Assembly (NCBI RefSeq): GCF_006345805.1
Contig: NC_043006.1
Span: 42,532,001 to 42,596,000, forward strand
Source: Octopus sinensis
Taxonomy: Eukaryota
DNA length: 64,000 nucleotides
Direction: 5' to 3'
A program made the translations under genes and the position numbers. Positions 62,680 through 64,000 of the stretch are shown here, piece after piece. The notes beneath the pieces are model-generated. The model was not told the origin of the DNA, made no database searches, and saw only the letters and a program-made list of their open reading frames with translations. Position 1 is the stretch's first letter. Every line of letters starts with the position of its first letter.

Positions 62680-64000
62680 TTAACCCCTTTAGCATTTAAA
62701 CCCCCTTTTACTTGTTTCAGTCATTTGACTGTGGCCATGCTGGAGCACTGCCTTTAGTTGAGCGAATCGACCCCAGGACTTATTCCTTGTAAGCCTAGTA
62801 CTCATTCTATCAGTCTCTTTTGCCGAACCGCTAAGTTACGGGGACGTAAACACACCAGCATCAATTGTCAACTGATGTTGGTGAGGACAAACACAGACAC
62901 ACAAACATACACACACACATACATATATATATATACATACATATATACGACAGGCTTCTTTCATTTTCAGTCTACCAAATCCACTCACAAGGCTTTGGTC
63001 GGCATGAGGCTATAGTAGAAGACACTTGCCCAAGATGCCACACAGTGGGACTGAACCCAGAACAATGTGGTTGGTAAGCAAGCTACTTACCACACAGCCA
63101 CTCCTATGCCTATATCTCAGAGCCAGAGGCAGTTTCAGGCAGGTTTGTATCAGAAGGGTTAAGAATTGTTTCTCTATTAATATATTTTAACCCTTTTGTT
63201 ACCATATTTCTGTTGAGATGCTCTGGGTTTCGACCCATATCTGGCTAAAATAATCTACCTGTTTTATCTCCAAACTCACCAGATCTGGTCACTCACACTT
63301 ACCCTACAATGTCATTTCTAAAAACAAACAATCACGTCATAATAATCATTACATTTGACAGAAAATTCTAAATGCTAAGGATTAAATGATCAAATGCATC
63401 CAAGCAATCAGCATCTCATCTTTTTCTCTCTTTCAGGTATGTAATATGTTCCGTCCGTTGCCATGTCTATTACCAAAGAAGTTGGATCCCTCTTCAGTGC
63501 TTGTTTCTCTGTTAAAACTTTCTATTAGGAATAAGTCCTTTTACTCTAATACACTGGTTCTCAACCATTTTTCTTACTGATGGGCCCTTTTGATTTCTAT
63601 TTGATTCTAATGGACTCCCATAGCCATTTGATGTCCAAATATCCTATCATAGTTTTATAACTGAATACTAATAGGAATTATATTAACCCTTTTGTTAATG
63701 TATTTATTTTGAGATGCTTTGTGTTTCTTTTAATTAATTTTAAATATAACAAAGAATTTAGTAAAATAACTTAGTTATCTTTAAGCTAGTGTTAAGAACA
63801 CAAATTATGACTAAGGTTTGGTGGAAGGTTTTTATTCAGAACTTTTGAAAACAAGACATTTGCACCACAGTTCCAGAGGCGGTTTTGTATCAAAAGGGTT
63901 AAGAATTGTTTCTCTACTATATATTTTAATCCTTTCATTACCATATTTCTGTTGAGATGTACTGTGTTTCTTTTAATTAATTTTAAATATAACAAAGCAT
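62680..64000. mobile_element. Cluster of piggyBac-like MITEs (TTAA-CCCTTT...AAAGGG-TTAA) with a possible hAT-like fragment
   Basis: TTAA-bounded ends at 62680, 63159/63187, 63382, 63683, 63899/63926; CACTGGTTCTCAACC at ~63548. Confidence 0.65.
62706..63111 (-). mobile_element. SINE family A, full length, nested in a MITE
   Basis: Colinear with 5564-5965; CpG-decayed. Confidence 0.9.

Overview
AT-rich, microsatellite-dense eukaryotic DNA. The SINE families and repeat landscape point to an octopus or other coleoid cephalopod (inference from memory of these repeats, not from a search). No host protein-coding gene can be called with confidence, and there are no rRNA genes, true tRNA genes or CRISPR arrays. 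The window is a mosaic of mobile elements: several tRNA-headed SINE families, Penelope-like elements (PLEs) carrying hammerhead ribozymes, R4/Dong-clade, RTE and CR1/L2-type LINE fragments, Tc1/mariner/maT relics, Helitrons and piggyBac-like MITEs. A CpG-rich promoter-like cluster at about 35.4-35.6 kb is followed by CpG decay in repeats further right, suggesting the right half is a methylated, mostly intronic gene body on the + strand. The most interesting items are: (i) a non-coding ~591-nt hammerhead-containing unit with a fold-back 5' end (61.2-62.0 kb); (ii) a PLE family inserted twice in (TA)n that carries a hammerhead with a non-canonical core; (iii) an internally deleted R4/Dong element interrupted by 146 bp copied from 2.3 kb upstream; (iv) SINE multimers each flanked by one target-site duplication (TSD).
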